From: Octopus vulgaris
Lineage: Eukaryota
Direction: 5' to 3'
NCBI GenBank assembly: GCA_951406725.2
Contig: OX597823.1
Coordinates: 13,268,001-13,332,000 of the forward strand
DNA: 64,000 bases
The notes beneath the pieces were generated by a model. That model did not search any database. It was given only the letters and a program-made list of their open reading frames with translations, and had not been told where the DNA came from. The translations under genes and the position numbers were made by a program. Numbering within the stretch: position 1 is the first letter of the stretch; every line of letters starts with the position of its first letter. Of this stretch, positions 24,949 through 36,230 are shown piece after piece.

Positions 24949-26430
24949 TCAAGAGGAGGGGGCTGTGTTAAGTCCGTGTGGGGTGGTAGTTTGTAGGGTG
25001 AAGATGTAGCGTTGCTCCAAGTGGAGTCTGGAAAGTGGGCGACCATTGTGGGGGGCGAGACCAAACACTGAGATGTCATCTCGGGAATGGCCGGCCGAGC
25101 GGAAGTGGCGTGCGACGGGAGAAAAAGAGTGTAGGCGAACGTCCCTCAAGTGTTCAGTGAAACGGTCGGACAACCGGCGTCCCGTCTGACCTACATACAG
25201 CATCCCGCATAGGTTGCATTTAATGCAGTAAATAAGGACAGACGAGGTGCACGTAAAAGAGTGCCTAATGCGTACAGTATGCAGGTTGGAGCCGGTGACA
25301 GCGGTGGTGTTGGTGATGAAGGGGCAAGTGTTGCAGCGGGATCTAGAGCAAGGGAATGATCCGTGTGGGGCTGAGGGGGAAGGGGAGAGGGTGCTGTGGA
25401 CCAGGAGGTCACGCAGATTGCGGGCTCGTTTGAAAGAGGACAGGGGTGGGTTAGGGAAAATGGGGCGGGTGGTGGGATCAAGCTGGAGGCGACGGAAGGC
25501 ACGTAGTATCTTGCGACGAAGGGGTAGGGTAGAGGGGTGGAAAAGGAGGGGGAAGGGGGTGCGGTTGGGGGGTGGGCGGGGGGAAGGAGACAAGGCGGTA
25601 GTGCGGTCGATGCGACGGGCGCGGGTGAGGGCATCAGAGAGGAGTGTGGGTGGGTAACCTCGGAGTCTGAACATGCGGGCCAGGTATTGAGATTGGGTCT
25701 CGAAATCCTGGTCGCGGCTGCACAAACGTCGGAGGCGGAGGAACTGGGAGTAGGGGATGGCTCGTTTGGTGTGGAAGGGGTGGGAGGAAGAGAAGTTGAG
25801 ATAGAGGTGGGAATCCGTAGGTTTAAAGAAGGCGGTGGTGGTGAGAGAGCTGGAGGGGTGATCGATGCGGAGAGAGATGTCAAGGAAGTTGACAGAGGTG
25901 TTGGAGATGGTGGAGGTGAATTGAAGAGAGGGGTGAAAGTTGGAAAGGAAAGAGATGAATTGGCCGAGACGTTCCCGGGAAAGGGAGGTGGCACCTACAC
26001 AGTCGTCGATATAGCGACCGTATAGTTCGGGGGTCGGCCCAGAGAACTGGGAGAACACTTGGGCCTCAATGTAGCCAAGAAAGAGATTGGCGAAATTGGG
26101 GCCCATCCTAGTTCCCATCGCGACCCCGGACACCTGTTGGTACGTTTCCCCGGCGAACGTGAAGCAATTGAGGGTGAGGACGAGCTCAGCCAAACGGAGA
26201 AGGGTGGGGGTGCTGGGGGTGGGGTCGGGACGACGGTCGAGGAAGTGTTGGAGGGCTAGGAGACCGTCATTGTGGGGAATCACTGTGTACAGGGATTTTA
26301 CATCTAAGGTGAAGAGGAGGTGTGAGGGGCTGGAAGGGAAGGAAAAGGAATTGAAGAGACGGAGGGCGTGGTTGGTGTCGTGTATGTGGGATGGGAGGGC
26401 TGCGACTAGGGGGGACAGGATGCGGTCGAG
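24949..26430 (-). CDS. Penelope-like RT (C-terminal part) + GIY-YIG endonuclease, 5'-truncated
   Basis: GVAMGTRMGP, YGRYIDD, FLDI, SSSHP, CSRSRCNTC Neptune-type linker, LIYCIKC..LYVGQT, HLRDV; frame extends upstream of the called Met (LDVKSLYTVIP). Confidence 0.92.
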   Translation of the reverse strand, partial: LDRILSPLVAALPSHIHDTNHALRLFNSFSFPSSPSHLLFTLDVKSLYTVIPHNDGLLALQHFLDRRPDPTPSTPTLLRLAELVLTLNCFTFAGETYQQVSGVAMGTRMGPNFANLFLGYIEAQVFSQFSGPTPELYGRYIDDCVGATSLSRERLGQFISFLSNFHPSLQFTSTISNTSVNFLDISLRIDHPSSSLTTTAFFKPTDSHLYLNFSSSHPFHTKRAIPYSQFLRLRRLCSRDQDFETQSQYLARMFRLRGYPPTLLSDALTRARRIDRTTALSPSPRPPPNRTPFPLLFHPSTLPLRRKILRAFRRLQLDPTTRPIFPNPPLSSFKRARNLRDLLVHSTLSPSPSAPHGSFPCSRSRCNTCPFITNTTAVTGSNLHTVRIRHSFTCTSSVLIYCIKCNLCGMLYVGQTGRRLSDRFTEHLRDVRLHSFSPVARHFRSAGHSRDDISVFGLAPHNGRPLSRLHLEQRYIFTLQTTTPHGLNTAPSS

Positions 26431-26673
26431 ATATATATATATATAATAGAAATATTAAAATTACTAAGTCTCTCTAAAAGAGAACACGGCAGCGTTCCTG
26501 GAAATTAATAGTTATCGCCATACTAATATGGCATTCTTATAAAAATAAGAATAAAGCTGTCCGCTTATTAGCTCCATGAGGCCATCGCCTTAAGTTAGCT
26601 ATTTGATACATTAACAGTATCCATATAACCTTCGAACAAGGGAGGTCAGTCGCTCCACACTACTTGATCGACA

Positions 26674-26715
26674 GCTACAGACGCGTTTCGGGGTATTGCC
26701 CCTTGTCAATGTAGC
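26674..26715 (-). ncRNA. Type I hammerhead, U3-A8 core
   Basis: gctaca TTGACAA gggg-caata-cccc GAAA cgcGTC tgtagc; 6-bp stem I, 4-bp stem II, palindromic acgcgt stem III. Confidence 0.82.
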
Positions 26716-27035
26716 GTAGTCAGACCAGTAGGTGTCGCTTCCGACTATCTCTGTTCGAAGGTTTTATTTACCTAGTTTCGGTGGAATACATCCACTTGTT
26801 TTCAATAATAGAAATATTAAAATTACTAAGTCTCTCTAAAAGAGAACACGGCAGCGTTCCTGGAAATTAATAGTTATCGCCATACTAATATGGCATTCTT
26901 ATAAAAATAAGAATAAAGCTGTCCGCTTATTAGCTCCATGAGGCCATCGCCTTAAGTTAGCTATTTGATACACAAACTGTATCCATATAACCTTCGAACA
27001 AGGGAGGTCAATCGCTCCACACTACTTGATCGACA

Positions 27036-27077
27036 GCTACAGACGCGTTTCGGGGTATTGCCTCTTGTCAATGTAGC
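27036..27077 (-). ncRNA. Second copy of the U3-A8 hammerhead
   Basis: Same fold 362 nt away; one stem II mismatch (gagg/cccc). Confidence 0.78.
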
Positions 27078-27203
27078 GTAATTCGAAGGTTATATGGATA
27101 CAGTTTGTGTATCAAATAGCTAACTTAAGGCGATGGCCTCATGGAGCTAATAAGCGGACAGCTTTATTCTTATTTTTATAAGAATGCCATATTAGTGTGG
27201 CGA

Positions 27204-27247
<44 letters not shown>

Positions 27248-28747
27248 CATATATATGCATGCATGGGCATGTGTATGTTTGTATGTATGTATGTGCGTGT
27301 GTGTGTCTGTGTTATGTGTTTTTTTGTTCTTTTCTTCTGGCGCTAAGTTGTTCTTCTTAAGAGAGTTCGAGCCGGTCGCTAACAAAGCGACAAGGCTTCT
27401 TGAGTTAAGAGAGTTTCGTGGTGTTAGTAACTATGTGGTAGAATTGGTGTTACTTGAGTTGTCGATTCATCTATTCATATAAAGAATCTCAGGTAGAAAA
27501 TCTTGGAGATATATTAAAATTTCCACTATGCAGCTAATAGTTTCGATTTGGAAATCCACGTACGTTTCTTTTGCTCTTTTGCTCTTCTTTGAAAAACCTA
27601 GTATTTCTAGGTATTTGTGTCAATGCACTAATGCACCAAGGATGGTAGTTACAAATAAGAATTTATAAACAGTGTACAAGATCTGTAATTCCCGCCTTAA
27701 TTCCCCGTAAATGTTCTCTTTTTCATGAACTTTAATGGTACATTCACATTTGCTGAGTGGTGGATCTCTACAGAGGGCATGTCTTTTGTTCCCTGTCCAA
27801 CAGAACAATATCAGTTCTGTCACGTTTGAACAAATTGCTGTTTCATTGGCGTGTTCGAACAGTAATACTTGCTTTTAAAGGGTTTTTTTTTGTTTGTTTA
27901 TCAGGTATTTAGTTGCTACCTCCTGCATAGAGAAGGTATAAGCTTCAAATGGGTTGTAATGCATCTATCATAGGTCCAAAAGAGGCTTCTCTTCGTCTCA
28001 ATGATATTGTTCTCCTCTAGCTGCTCTTCCTGTCAATATTATAGTTTCCCTGTCACTTGCAGATATGTACACATTGCTTTTTGCTGGTATGAATCCTGCT
28101 TTGCCTCCAAGCTTCAGTTCAGGTAGGCCAGTTCGCTCTCCTTTGTATCGCATGAGATAGATGTGTTCTATAAGCACCTGCTCAGTACTTCTTCTCCAGC
28201 TGTGAAGAAGTTGTTACTCTTGCTTTCGAGTACGCATGTAACACGCTTATTTCTTTCTTTACTGTTCCGCAGGTGTTGTCTGAGTGACACAATGAGACAT
28301 TCAAAGTCTGTTTGGACTAACCTTATGTTTCTACCACCATCACATCGTCTCACATAGATTCTATCAGTGTCGCTGTTGATGTGGAAGTTGCCAGCGGTGA
28401 TCAGTACCTCTCCGCTTTTGATGTCAAGGTTGCCTATCTCATCAAGTGTCCAGTCCAATATTGCAAATGCCAATACTAACACTGACACTGCAAAAGCATT
28501 GTCAGATGTGGTCTTCGTCAATTTAAACGGCTCCGAGTTCCATATTTTCCCGGGTCTACGGTAGTAGAAGTGTTATTCTGGTTTTAGTCACTGCACCAAC
28601 ATATGCAACACTCGCAACGATTCCGAGATACTTCTAGTTTTCATCATTAGATGTAGGGAAGATAGACAAGCCATTGATGTAAATAGTCAATGTCTGGTCG
28701 ACAATTTTTCCTCGGTTGACCATCGTGTATAATTCTTTAATCTTTCA

Positions 28748-29149
28748 ATCTTTTACATGTTTCAGTCATTTGACTGTGGCCATGCTGGAGCACCGCCTTT
28801 AATCGAGCAACTCGACCCCGGGACTTATTCTTTTTGTAAGCCCAGTACTTATTCTATCGGTCTCTTTTGCCGAACCGCTAAGTAACGGGGACGTAAACAC
28901 ACCAGCATCGGTTGTCAAGCAATGCTAGGGGGACAAACACAGACACACAAACAAACACACATACATATATATATATACATATATACGACGGGTTTCTTTC
29001 AGTTTCCGTCTACCAAATCCACTCACAAGGCATTGGTCGGCCCGGGGCTATAGCAGAAGACACTTGCCCAAGATGCCACGCAGTGGGACTGAACCCGTAA
29101 GCATGTGGTTGGTTAGCAAGCTACTTACCACACAGCCACTCCTGCGCCT
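28748..29149 (-). mobile_element. SINE family A, near full length
   Basis: Head ggcgcaggagtggctgtgtggtaag on the minus strand; homologous to other copies. Confidence 0.92.
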
Positions 29150-29277
29150 ATGAGCAGTTATCTTGCTCAAACTCCATTCCTGTGTCTCGTGCGCGTCTTG
29201 CGACTAGTTCTAATTGTCTCTTGATGTTTGTGTAACGTTAATTTTATTACTTTCTGTATATCTCAGCATGGAGATAT

Positions 29278-29699
29278 AGGCGTAGGAGTGGCTGTGTGGT
29301 AAGTAGCTTGCTTACGAACAGCATTGTTCCGGGTTCAGTCCCACTGCGTGACACCTTGGGCAAGTGTCTTCTGCTATAGCCTCGGGCTGACCCAAGCCTT
29401 GTGAATGGATTTGGTAGACGGAAACTGAAAGAAGCCTGTCGTATATATGTATATATATATATATATGTTTGTGTGTGTGTGTGTGTGTGTCTGCGTTTGT
29501 CCCCCGCAACATCGCTTGACAACCGATGCTGGTGTGTTTACGTCACCGTAACTTAACGGTTCGGCATAAGAGACCGATAGAATAAGTACTAGGCTTGGCT
29601 TACAAAGAATAAGTCCTGGGGTCGATTTGGTCGACTAAAGGTGGTGCTCCAGCATGGCCGCAGTCAAATGACTGAAACAAGTAAAAGAGAGTAAAGAGT
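29278..29699 (+). mobile_element. SINE family A, full length
   Basis: ggcgtaggagtggctgtgtggtaagtagc...gtaaaagagagtaaagag tail. Confidence 0.92.
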
Positions 29700-31685
29700 A
29701 TGCAGGCTTGGAACTTTTTAAAGAGAGTTTACAATGAGTTCACTACCGGTACAAACAACATTATAGATGAACTGACACCATTGAATACGCCTGTGAATTG
29801 CTTAACCACGTGTGTAACAATAGATGTTACTTTAGTCGTTGTCGATGATAACTGTTTGGACCATCAGATTTTCAATGACATCCGCTATAGTAGATGGTGC
29901 CTAGATAAGGTCTAGTGATTCTATAATCCATGAGTGAACGAAAGAGTCGAGCGTATTCTTATAGTTTAGTCGTATTATTAAGAGATTACAGCGATGCTGC
30001 TTGGCTTCATTAAGCTGATTGGCTTCGTTGACGAGAATCTGTTCAGTACAGGCCCAGACCCCTTCTTTCCACCAACTTGTTCATCAGTTATCGCATCGTT
30101 TGTTTGGCGGTCGTCTTGGAGAATTATATTCAAACAAACTCTGTACAGATTGTACGCAACATTTAAGCGTGCGATGGACCTAAAGCTTTTGCCCGAATGG
30201 ATCTCTTTGTTTTGGGAGATAAGAATAGTCCGCACAATCATTAGCCAACGTATGTATGTCAGTATTCAGTTTTATTTCAAGATTTCTTGCCAATAGAGAA
30301 AGAGTAGGTTTCTAACCTAGATTCTAGATTCTTTCATTGGAATTTCAACATCAATAACAATGTATGTATGTATGTATTATGTATGTATGTATGAATGTAT
30401 GTATTTTTGTGTGTATGTATATATGTATGTAGACCCGCTGGATCTAAACACTCATATAACTACTTTAAAATTTCCCAAAGATTAAATGCATTTTTGAAGG
30501 ATTACATCGCAGATAATTTAGTGTGGTGTATTCAATAATGCTTTATTTCCTTTACTTTTTTTTACATTCCCATTTTTCTATTTACTTATTTTTGCAACTC
30601 TTTTACAACTCCTATTTTCCCAAACTCACCTCCTTTCTTTCTTGCTCTATTTCTTTCTATTTTTCGCACATTTTAATTTTGCCCCGTTAAAATTATATTA
30701 AAACCCAATTTGGGCATTGAGCAGTAAGTATTATTGAAGATGAAAGTAAAACATTATGCCGAAGAGCAAACTCGTAATTATGCGGGCTTCGTCATCACTC
30801 AGGAGTAATATAATATTTTAGTAAATTTTCACCTGTGACGTCAAAACTAGAACGGCCTTTTACGCGTGCTGTTAATTACTACATCTCTATTTTAAACAGA
30901 AGCACTATTTAAACCTGAATACCCATCATGATGCAAGCAACAACAACAAAAAAAATATTTCCCTGGGTCCCTGGGATTTTACCTACTAAATGTTCAAAAT
31001 TTAGGAAACTTGGTTGGTCTTCTTCTGTTTCATATAATGGTTGCATAGTTTTATTTTAATTTTACTTAAAATCGTTCACAAGATTTTAAATTTTTCTTTG
31101 ACTTTGTTACTAATCATTGTTATATAACGACGCTTGTAATACGATGAATGCACTCGTACAGTTTATTGTCAGTGCCTCAGAACATGTCGTGATCTCATTT
31201 ATTCTTTAGCATAAAAGTCTCTAAGGTCTTTGAACATTTGCTTAAAATCACACAATCAATAAATGAGTCTGATTAAAAAATGTAAAAATTACATTTAGTG
31301 CCAAAAGGCATTCACAGGAAGTTTACTACGGGAAATCAATCAAATTGTTTTCTCATTATCTAAAACATAGATTTGAGTTGGTAGCGCATAATCAAATGCA
31401 TTTTTAAATCATTAAGTATATAGGAAAATTATGATCTGTTAGTTCAATTTTTAGATAGAAAAATCGGAAAACTACGTTGCCTGTATTATCACTATTGTCT
31501 TTATCATTAATTATATGCTTCTAATTCTCTCTCGCATGTACGACACAACAATAGATAGAAAATTCTCCTCGTGAGAGATTTCTAATAAATTGATTTTTAT
31601 TTGAAGAATTACAAACAGGTATCATTTTTTCTTTGTAATTTATTTATATCTAATTCCTGATACACTTAAAAGATAACTGAATATA

Positions 31686-31711
31686 ACTACTACTACTATT
31701 ACTCCTCCTCC

Positions 31712-31785
<74 letters not shown>

Positions 31786-31808
31786 TTACTACTACTACCG
31801 CTGCCACC
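31686..31808. repeat. Compound triplet microsatellite (TAC/CTC/CTG)
   Basis: Directly visible. Confidence 0.93.
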
Positions 31809-34206
31809 AAAGAAGTACTTAGTTCCTATTACGAACAATAAACCTTTTAGATACCACTCTTGTTGCATAATTCGTTTTAACGCGGAGCTTTTCCTATAAA
31901 TGCTATAATGTCAGTTTTATACAGATTATCCTAGCTTTATTCTATATATTCATTTGCATTAAATGTGTTTTCATGGTATTATGCATTGATGATTTAGTGG
32001 TTGGTATTTACATACAGTGTTATTCAGAATTCCAGTTGGAATTTTGTGAGAATGTACAGCTATTTCAATCATGCATTCGTTATTGGAAACAATAGCAGAC
32101 ATTATCCTACATATATTGATAATCGTTATCTGAGTACATATAATCAGTATGGATATATTTAAAAGGTGTTTTTAAATGTATTTTTGCTGAGGACTTACAG
32201 ATAAAAAAAAATAATAAATAATATCATTTGAAATAGGTAAACGTGTTCGTGTGACCTGCTACAAATACGAGCCGAATTCCCCTCACATCATATCCTTCGA
32301 AATAGGAATTTAGCACTGGAGAATGTAACCTTTGAATACCACTAAAACGCGAGGTATTCGTGTAGATCTCTTGCGGTTAAATTGGCCCGGGGCCACAGAA
32401 AAATAACAACAACTAGGAAAATTTGATAAGTATAAAGTAGAAGATTCACCAAGAATTTATGAGAGAATATAATAATTTCTCCTAAAAAGTGAACTTAGCA
32501 GATAACTTGAGTATGTCCATATCTTCTATCTCACCGTGTGTACAGCCTTGTCCAAGAAACTTTCTGATTGTATTGGAGCATCTGCGTTAGACAAACTTAT
32601 TCTTCAAAAAGAACAAATTTATCAGGCATTAAATATGTTATCATAATTAGTGGAGAACCACTTTCTTGCACTATGTAAAAAGAACGGCGATTCTGATCCG
32701 TATTTAATAGTAGTATCTCATATCATCACTTGAGTTATTTTTCACAATGTTCACATACTGAGTTATAACCTGATTCTGACACACTGAATCCCACCCTTCA
32801 CGGTTCATATTTTTGATATTTCCCTTGATATTTTACTGCTAAGCAGTGGTCATCCATCTATTTTGTAATAGATATATTTAAAATGTTCAGTCATTTAGTA
32901 TCAGTTTTATTAAGGCCATTTGTGCGTGCCATCATTGGTTTTGCTGGAAACTGTTATTAACGAAATATGATGTATCATTCAATATTCTTCAGTCATCTAA
33001 ATGAAATATGTTTCTATAAGAATACAAAACCATAGTTATTATGTCATTCGAATTGCCGGAGTACGTGTCGAATATATCGGAAAAAATCCAAGTTTGATTT
33101 TTGTTAGCCACTTTGCGATGATTTCCAGCAGAAAATAGTCTCTTGGAGAGAATTGTGCTCTTCGAGGTGGGTATTATAAATGGCTGCCAAAACTTACTTT
33201 GTGATTGAACGAATTTCAACACGTTATAATGTTAAAAAGAAAAGGAAAGCGTATTTTTCTCTTGCTTTCATTGATACTTCAAAGGCACTAAGTGATATTT
33301 CTATCAATTTCCATTTTTCAGTCAATATGCTTCAAGAAGACTCAGTTTAAAATCTTTGTTATACTGTTTACACATTGAACTTTGGAAAGGCAATCAACCG
33401 TTCATTTATTTTTTCTGTCTGACCTGAATATATAAACCGCTGAAAGAGGAGAGTTTACAGCAGCTAGTGTACATAGATACAACAAATTTCCATATCCATT
33501 TGGAGGTCGGTGACCGGTAATTCTGCGGAATGGAACATAAAGGAAGTCATTTTGAGAAACAACGATTGCTGGCTTAAACATTTATTGGAGAAGTAAGTGA
33601 AATAGATTGCTAAGTACATAATTGAATGTCTAAATAGAAATATAAAATAAAGTATGCTAGAAACGAATTTGAAACAGAAATATAAAATTGTACACACTCA
33701 GTTCTGCAGACGTAAATCCAGGAAGCACACATGGAAATAAATACACACGCATAGATCTACAAAAATTCAACAACGCACATGTACATGCGCAGACGCACTC
33801 GTACAATACAAATCACATGACATCGATGCACCCTGTATGATTTGAATATTTTGTTACAGATGCTTTTAAAATGATAAACTACCCTACCAACACGTGCTGT
33901 GTAGTTAAATTGAATTTCCAGGGTAACAGTGATGGTTGGATTTAGAATTCTTACTTTAAAGTCTTGTAAATTACCGATATATCAGCAGGGTTTGTTTCTC
34001 ATTCTAAAGATTCCTATGGGATAAATGAGTAGACTTTAGCCGTCACATTCACATATGTCTAACATGGCTAATAAATCCAGTTTATTTTTAAATGCAGTAC
34101 CGACTAAAATCTATGGACCATTCCTATTGTAAAATTCAGTGTAAAAATATAGCTTTCCTGAATTAACTATAAGAAATTACTTGTAGTGTGATTTATTTCT
34201 GAATAT

Positions 34207-34264
<58 letters not shown>

Positions 34265-34333
34265 ACACACACACGCCACATATAAATTGGTAGAAGTAAA
34301 TAGATGCGCCTGTAAATATACACATATATATAT

Positions 34334-34489
34334 AGGCGTAGGTGAGGATTATGGTAAGAACCTAGCTTCCCAACCACATGGTTTTTGGTTCAGTCCCACT
34401 GCACCTTCGACAGATACCTTCTACTACAGCCTCGCACCGACTGAATTCCGTGAGTGGATTTGGTAGACGGAAGCTGAAACACGTCGCAT

Positions 34490-34490
<1 letters not shown>
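34334..34490 (+). mobile_element. SINE family A, diverged 5' half
   Basis: ggttcagtcccactgc...gagtggatttggtagacggaagctgaaa. Confidence 0.8.
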
Positions 34491-34563
<73 letters not shown>

Positions 34564-34765
34564 TATAATTATATATATATATGTATTTATATATTCTATA
34601 ATTATAAACATAATTATAATTAGGGGTCAGCTAATTGCTTCACCACATACCAAATTTAGAAATAGGAGTTAAAAATTCTTTTTCTACTACTGTAAGAATC
34701 TCCACAGCAGTAACACACTTTTTACCCTTTTTACCCTTTTATTATTAATTTGAAATCACACACAC

Positions 34766-34801
<36 letters not shown>

Positions 34802-35789
34802 ATACATATATATGTATATCGACGTGTATTCACCTAAAGGAAATCTTAACTCTATACATGTCTTACGTTTCTTACCAATAAATATTGAGTCGGTTTCTCA
34901 AGGTAACTTTCGTTTGTCCTGTGGAATATCTGAAACAACCGTTATATTTTATAGCATAAATGAATTTTTGAAAAGCACATAAAGCGGGCTGTATTTGCAG
35001 TGAAAATTTCATTTAAATTTATAATGGTCTTCTATAAGATCGATGCAGGTTCAGCCATTAGGAAGATAATATTTTTTGAGATTTGGTGGTGCTTCTGTCT
35101 GAATGGTCTTAATGGCTTCAGGACCTGATTGATAACATAAACAACAACATGAGTTTACAATTAAGTAGAATCAAAATCAATGACACTTCTTGAATATTTT
35201 AGGAATCAACATAGCCGCAAATGTTGAAAATTACGGTACAAAATTGACAGACACGAAAAAATACATACTATTTACTTCTTGCCACTCAACAAATACTAAA
35301 ATAAGTATAACGTTTAATATAGTGCTAAGAGTGCTTAGAATCTCAAAATAAAAAGAGACTCCAAGAATTGAAACAAATAATACTAGAAAGACCATATCTT
35401 TCAAAATTAATTGATAACGGAACTGAACGTGCCAAAACAGGAGATATTAAAGAAATAGAGATAAAAGTAACAACAAAAAAGTTCAAATAAAATAAATACA
35501 CTGAATTACATCACAACAGACTACAGAAAAAACGATTATCTATTGAAACCATCCATTGTTGAAACAAGACCAGAGAATGACAAAAAAAGTAAAGCAGATA
35601 TAAGAGATTCTCAAAAGTGGAAGACAACCAAAGTGTCTACAAAAAATTACTGACCAACGCCAAATTAACCATTCAAATCACAAAACAAATACTTAAAAAA
35701 TATAGATGGCCTCGCTGATTAAACTGCATCAGTTACATATAAAACAGATCTTATGAGTAGATAACATACTTTCAGTGTAATACGTAGCA

Positions 35790-36230
35790 AATTCAATAAA
35801 TGAATTTAAATATGACCCGGAAGAAGGAGTCACTTTTGAGACATATTACCAAAGATTTGAACAAAATTTAGAAGAATGCCAACAATGGACGGACGAAATG
35901 AAAACGCGTCTAATTCTGAGTAAGCTGGCGACGACTGAGCACGAAAAATGCTGTAACTTTAATTTGGCTAAAAAAATTCTGACATAAATTCCACAGACAC
36001 AATTGATATTTCAGGTAAGGTGTTCAGTGAAAAAATACGTTAGACGAAGACTTTACCACAAAAGAGGGTAGAGTGAACAGAGAGTGCGAGATATTTAAAC
36101 TGCATAAACTAACTCCAGACTCGTTGAAATGCCTGATTTTTGCTCAGGGACTTACTTCTAAAAACGAGGCAGAAGTCAGAATGAAAATTCTCGCAAAGCT
36201 GGAAATGAACCAGGATATAACTCTCCTAGG
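35790..36230 (+). pseudogene. Ty3/Gypsy (Mag-like) gag fragment
   Basis: EFKYDPEEGVTFETYYQRFE..DEMKTRLILSKL..EHEK and VNRECEIFKLHKLTPDSLKCLIFAQGL..KILAKLE; disrupted. No LTR or pol recognised. Confidence 0.78.

Larger units (their letters stand above)
21920..26430 (-). mobile_element. 5'-truncated Neptune-type Penelope-like element with long low-complexity 3' region, between (TA)n arrays
   Basis: RT/GIY-YIG ORF, then CA-rich tract, then HHR-bearing tail similar to 43540-43690; TA arrays at both ends. Inclusion of the CA tract is inferred. Confidence 0.75.
26445..27208 (-). repeat. 362-bp tandem unit (about 1.75 copies) plus inverted partial copy, hammerhead-bearing, non-coding
   Basis: aatagaaatattaaaattac starts at 26445 and 26807; 27083-27208 is the reverse complement of ~26872-26998; TA arrays on both sides. 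Confidence 0.92.
27560..30245 (-). mobile_element. Degraded R4/Dong-like LINE (RT + RLE), interrupted by two SINEs
   Basis: Colinear decayed motifs: SFRSIARLN..EQVGGKKG, LNYKNTLDSFVHSWI, DTGMEF, KYLGI, DWTLDEI..SDTDRIYVRRCDGGR, EKENIYGELRRELQ..TILGAL. Confidence 0.82.

Noticed and set aside
25191-26446. Long alternative-frame and antisense ORFs over the PLE RT
   Set aside because: Explained by GC-rich, strand-skewed codon usage of the real ORF.
26765-26812. Additional HHR-like motif (ttgaaaa..gtgga/tccac..gaaactaggta) in the tandem unit
   Set aside because: Extra bases between core and stem II and a poor stem I; not supportable.
26445-27208. CRISPR-like array
   Set aside because: Long full-unit duplications without unique spacers; eukaryotic context and no cas genes.
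33477-33592. Plus-strand PLAT-like exon (ISIWRSVTGNSAEWNIKEVIL) with a gtaagt donor
   Set aside because: Acceptor lacks a pyrimidine tract, similarity is superficial, and it overlaps a better minus-strand acceptor.
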